Of a stretch of 64,000 nt of DNA, positions 61,430-64,000 are shown piece after piece. The stretch is from an archaeon. Its GTDB lineage: Archaea; Asgardarchaeota; Heimdallarchaeia; Heimdallarchaeales; Kariarchaeaceae. The position numbers and the translations under genes were made by a program. The DNA lies in assembly GCA_024280435.1 (NCBI GenBank), contig JAJRQD010000026.1:11257-75256 (forward strand), in the 5' to 3' direction. The notes under the pieces are model-generated. The model was given only the letters and a program-made list of their open reading frames with translations. It was not told where the DNA came from and did not search any database. The first letter of the stretch is position 1. The number at the start of each line of letters is the position of its first letter.

Positions 61430-62608
61430 TTGAGTGATATGAGTAAATTATTTATTTTAATTTTTCTGCTGATATTACTTATTCCAGTAGATGGAAAAGT
61501 GATCTCAGTATCAGTTCAGTTTGATTTTGATATTGATGTCGGTAATGAGGGATTTTCACCGAATTTTGCAATGTACTCAGATGATTTGATTGTAAGCGGC
61601 GGAGACTACACCACAAGTACATATTTCTATGATCATAATGGTACACTGGTTGATAAGCTACTTGATGTTGCACCATATATCAATACACCAATTGATGCGG
61701 AAACTGTTTCTGAGATGGGATTGTATGTTACAAGGGATTTTGGTGGAATGATTGTGATTTGGGAGGTGAATAACACCATAAATTTAAGTGATAAATACAC
61801 TAATTTAAGAAATTACGCGATTGACGTGCAGGGACAGTTCACATTTGATGTGACAGAGAATGGAATTCTTGCATATGCAGCGGGTAATGGCAATATATAT
61901 GTGTATGATCTAGTAACAGAGAGTTTTTTGATGAATTACACAGCAGTGGGATATGATTATCAGAGTATAGCGATATCAGATGATGGGGAGCAATTATCCT
62001 ACACCAGGCCGTATTATCCCAGTACACAGGAATATATTGACAAGCCAAAGAATATCACAATTGTGGAGGTGAGTAGTGGGGAGCATCTGTTCACGGGCAA
62101 TGTCACATCATTTACAAAATTGGAATATTTGAGGACAGATGAGTTGATGTTGATTTCAGAGGATGCAGGTATCAGCATAATGAATACAACAGATTTTGCG
62201 AGTAGAGTTATTTCCACAGAAACAGGATTTCTCACTGCGGAACTGCATCCAAAGTATGATCTGGTATTTCTTGGTGGAATTGGATGTACCACATCTGTGT
62301 ATAACAATAGGGATGGCAGCATTCTGGAATTACTTGACAGGGGCTCATGTTCGGGATACATGGTTGATTTCTCACTTGATGGTAGTAAATTACTGATCAC
62401 AAGTTATTCAAATACAGACTATACTAACCTGGTGGAGGTATATGATCTGGCAATAGAGTTAGATAAAATTGAGGCAACACCAAGCTCTAGTTCGACAGAT
62501 CTGGGTGAGAAAACTGATAGTAATACACTTGCATTTGGTATCATTCCGATGCTGATAATACCGTTAATCAGTGAAATTAAGCGATTTAAGAAGAATAATC
62601 AGAGATAA
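61430..62608 (+). CDS. Secreted, C-terminally anchored beta-rich protein
   Basis: Signal peptide MSDMSKLFILIFLLILLIPVDG; Ser/Thr linker (ATPSSSSTDLGEKTDSNT); C-terminal TM helix plus basic tail. Confidence 0.5.
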   Translation: MSDMSKLFILIFLLILLIPVDGKVISVSVQFDFDIDVGNEGFSPNFAMYSDDLIVSGGDYTTSTYFYDHNGTLVDKLLDVAPYINTPIDAETVSEMGLYVTRDFGGMIVIWEVNNTINLSDKYTNLRNYAIDVQGQFTFDVTENGILAYAAGNGNIYVYDLVTESFLMNYTAVGYDYQSIAISDDGEQLSYTRPYYPSTQEYIDKPKNITIVEVSSGEHLFTGNVTSFTKLEYLRTDELMLISEDAGISIMNTTDFASRVISTETGFLTAELHPKYDLVFLGGIGCTTSVYNNRDGSILELLDRGSCSGYMVDFSLDGSKLLITSYSNTDYTNLVEVYDLAIELDKIEATPSSSSTDLGEKTDSNTLAFGIIPMLIIPLISEIKRFKKNNQR

Positions 62609-63290
62609 CACATCAGTACGTAGTAATTAATCAGTATGTATAATCATCAAAAATTTAAACTAGTATCTCAATTTATACAATTTTTATTAAATATGCAGTA
62701 GTTAGATGGATTTTTACAATTTCAGAGATTAAAAGTGGAAAATAAGATATATACATGTCAAAAGCGGTTTACTATTGTGAGATATGGGGAAATCCAGTTT
62801 TCTCACTATATATAGCCCTATTATGCAAATAATTAAAGTATATCATATCATAAAATAATGTACAATAATGTTTGTTCAGCAAAACAAGAGAAAAAAAAAT
62901 GATACATATTATTTAAAAAAAAGCTATATTTTTTTGTGCATTAATACGATATTTTGTTTTTTCATGATAATTGTGATTTACTAAATTATAAAATTGATTA
63001 ATTTATCTTATAATTTTGTTTATATATTTTTGGGTAAAGGAGAATGTAATATTCGGTGATCCAAAAAATAATACTGGTGAACCACAGTGAGAATTACTAT
63101 ACTTTTAGCAATTAATTTTTTAAACTATTAGAGCTTAATTAGGCTGAAATTATATTTTAACAGTGTTATTTTGAGCACCAATTCCTTACTATAAATTTTA
63201 AAGAAATAAATGTGATCTAAAAAAGATACAAATTTCACAGGTTCGAAATCAAAGACAATAACTATTAAATACCAAATCTAATTTATAAAT

Positions 63291-64000
63291 ATGTTGACAA
63301 TCCTAAGTGTAAATTTTATAAAAAGGAATCTAATAATATTAGAATTAATACTACTATTTGTTTCTATTTCGAACCCAGTGATTGCTCAAACCGCAGATGC
63401 AAAGCTATACCCGTATGATCTGGCAAATTTCAATCCAGATGCAAAGATCAGTGAGGATGAGTATGCTACAACCCTTGTATTACCAAGCAGTGCTGATAAT
63501 AAGCCTATGGTTGAATTATCATGGGGACATAACAATACCCATCTTGCAGTTGGCATTACTGGAAAGCTCACTGGTTGGATTGGTTTTGGCCAGAATACCG
63601 AGGGCTCTGGAATGCTAGGAGCTAATATGATCATATCATCTGTTACCGGCGATAATTTAACTATTGCAGATTACTATGCAGTGGGAAATACAGAGCCACT
63701 AAAAGATGGAAATCAATCATCTACTTTACAAGCAAACAGTGCAGGTAAGGATGATGGAACAACAACCACTGTGGAATTTATCATACCAATGACATCAAAT
63801 GATGTTGATGGACAGGATAAATCCTGGGAGGTTGGAGGAGTATACAGTTTCTTTGTATCTATACATGCAACAAGTGATACACTGCAATACCACACATCAA
63901 GAACAAATGTTCTCAGTGTGGAGGTGACTGATGATGACTTACCTGCTGAGAGATATATCACTCTTGGTCAGGCAAGTTATGAAACCAACCCTGTTGGTGC
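63291..64000 (+). CDS. Partial CDS (continues past window end): secreted protein, possible DOMON-like beta-sandwich
   Basis: ATG at 63291 with an open frame to the window end (236 codons). Signal peptide ...LLFVSISNPVIAQTADA. Absent from the ORF track because there is no stop in the window. Confidence 0.45.
   Translation, partial: MLTILSVNFIKRNLIILELILLFVSISNPVIAQTADAKLYPYDLANFNPDAKISEDEYATTLVLPSSADNKPMVELSWGHNNTHLAVGITGKLTGWIGFGQNTEGSGMLGANMIISSVTGDNLTIADYYAVGNTEPLKDGNQSSTLQANSAGKDDGTTTTVEFIIPMTSNDVDGQDKSWEVGGVYSFFVSIHATSDTLQYHTSRTNVLSVEVTDDDLPAERYITLGQASYETNPVG

Noticed and set aside
1-64000. CRISPR arrays, rRNA and tRNA genes
   Set aside because: No regularly spaced direct repeats were seen. 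No tRNA cloverleaf was found in the GC-rich intergenic blocks inspected (2001-2620, 21976-22611, 53300-53680, 62609-63290). No rRNA-like conserved segments were seen.

Overview
AT-rich (about one-third GC), gene-dense archaeal-type window with roughly 65 protein-coding genes on both strands; no rRNA, tRNA or CRISPR array was recognised. Lineage is a cautious inference: archaeal metabolism markers (tungsten aldehyde:ferredoxin oxidoreductase, F420-type enzymes, a cyclic-2,3-diphosphoglycerate-synthetase-like gene, TATA-type promoters) sit beside a dense set of eukaryote-like proteins (Rab-like small GTPase, divergent P-loop GTPase, roadblock/longin-like protein, PAC2 proteasome-assembly-chaperone-like protein, PCI-like winged-helix protein, RING-H2-like finger, ERI-1-like exonuclease, tailed histone). 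This is consistent with an Asgard-like archaeon, but cannot be confirmed without a database search. Recognisable modules: (i) tungsten/molybdenum cofactor set (two tandem MoaD/ThiS beta-grasp proteins, aor, ModE-like HTH, distant moeA); (ii) heavy-metal island (ArsR, P1B-ATPase, HMA chaperone, PadR-TRASH regulator); (iii) chaperones htpG and clpB; (iv) the eukaryote-like gene cluster at 26.1-31.4 kb; (v) scattered housekeeping enzymes. The strongest candidate for a new system is a four-gene, translationally coupled operon (45.3-50.9 kb) ending in a retron-type reverse transcriptase. It is preceded by three large alpha-helical-repeat or unknown proteins and by a 350-bp non-coding leader with inverted repeats and a long hairpin, and it overlaps a convergent 809-aa beta-propeller-like gene. 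Also notable: an alpha3-truncated histone with a Lys-rich N-terminal tail, a GC-rich ORF-free block that looks like a structured RNA (53.38-53.62 kb), and a Rab-like GTPase whose P-loop lies upstream of its first ATG.
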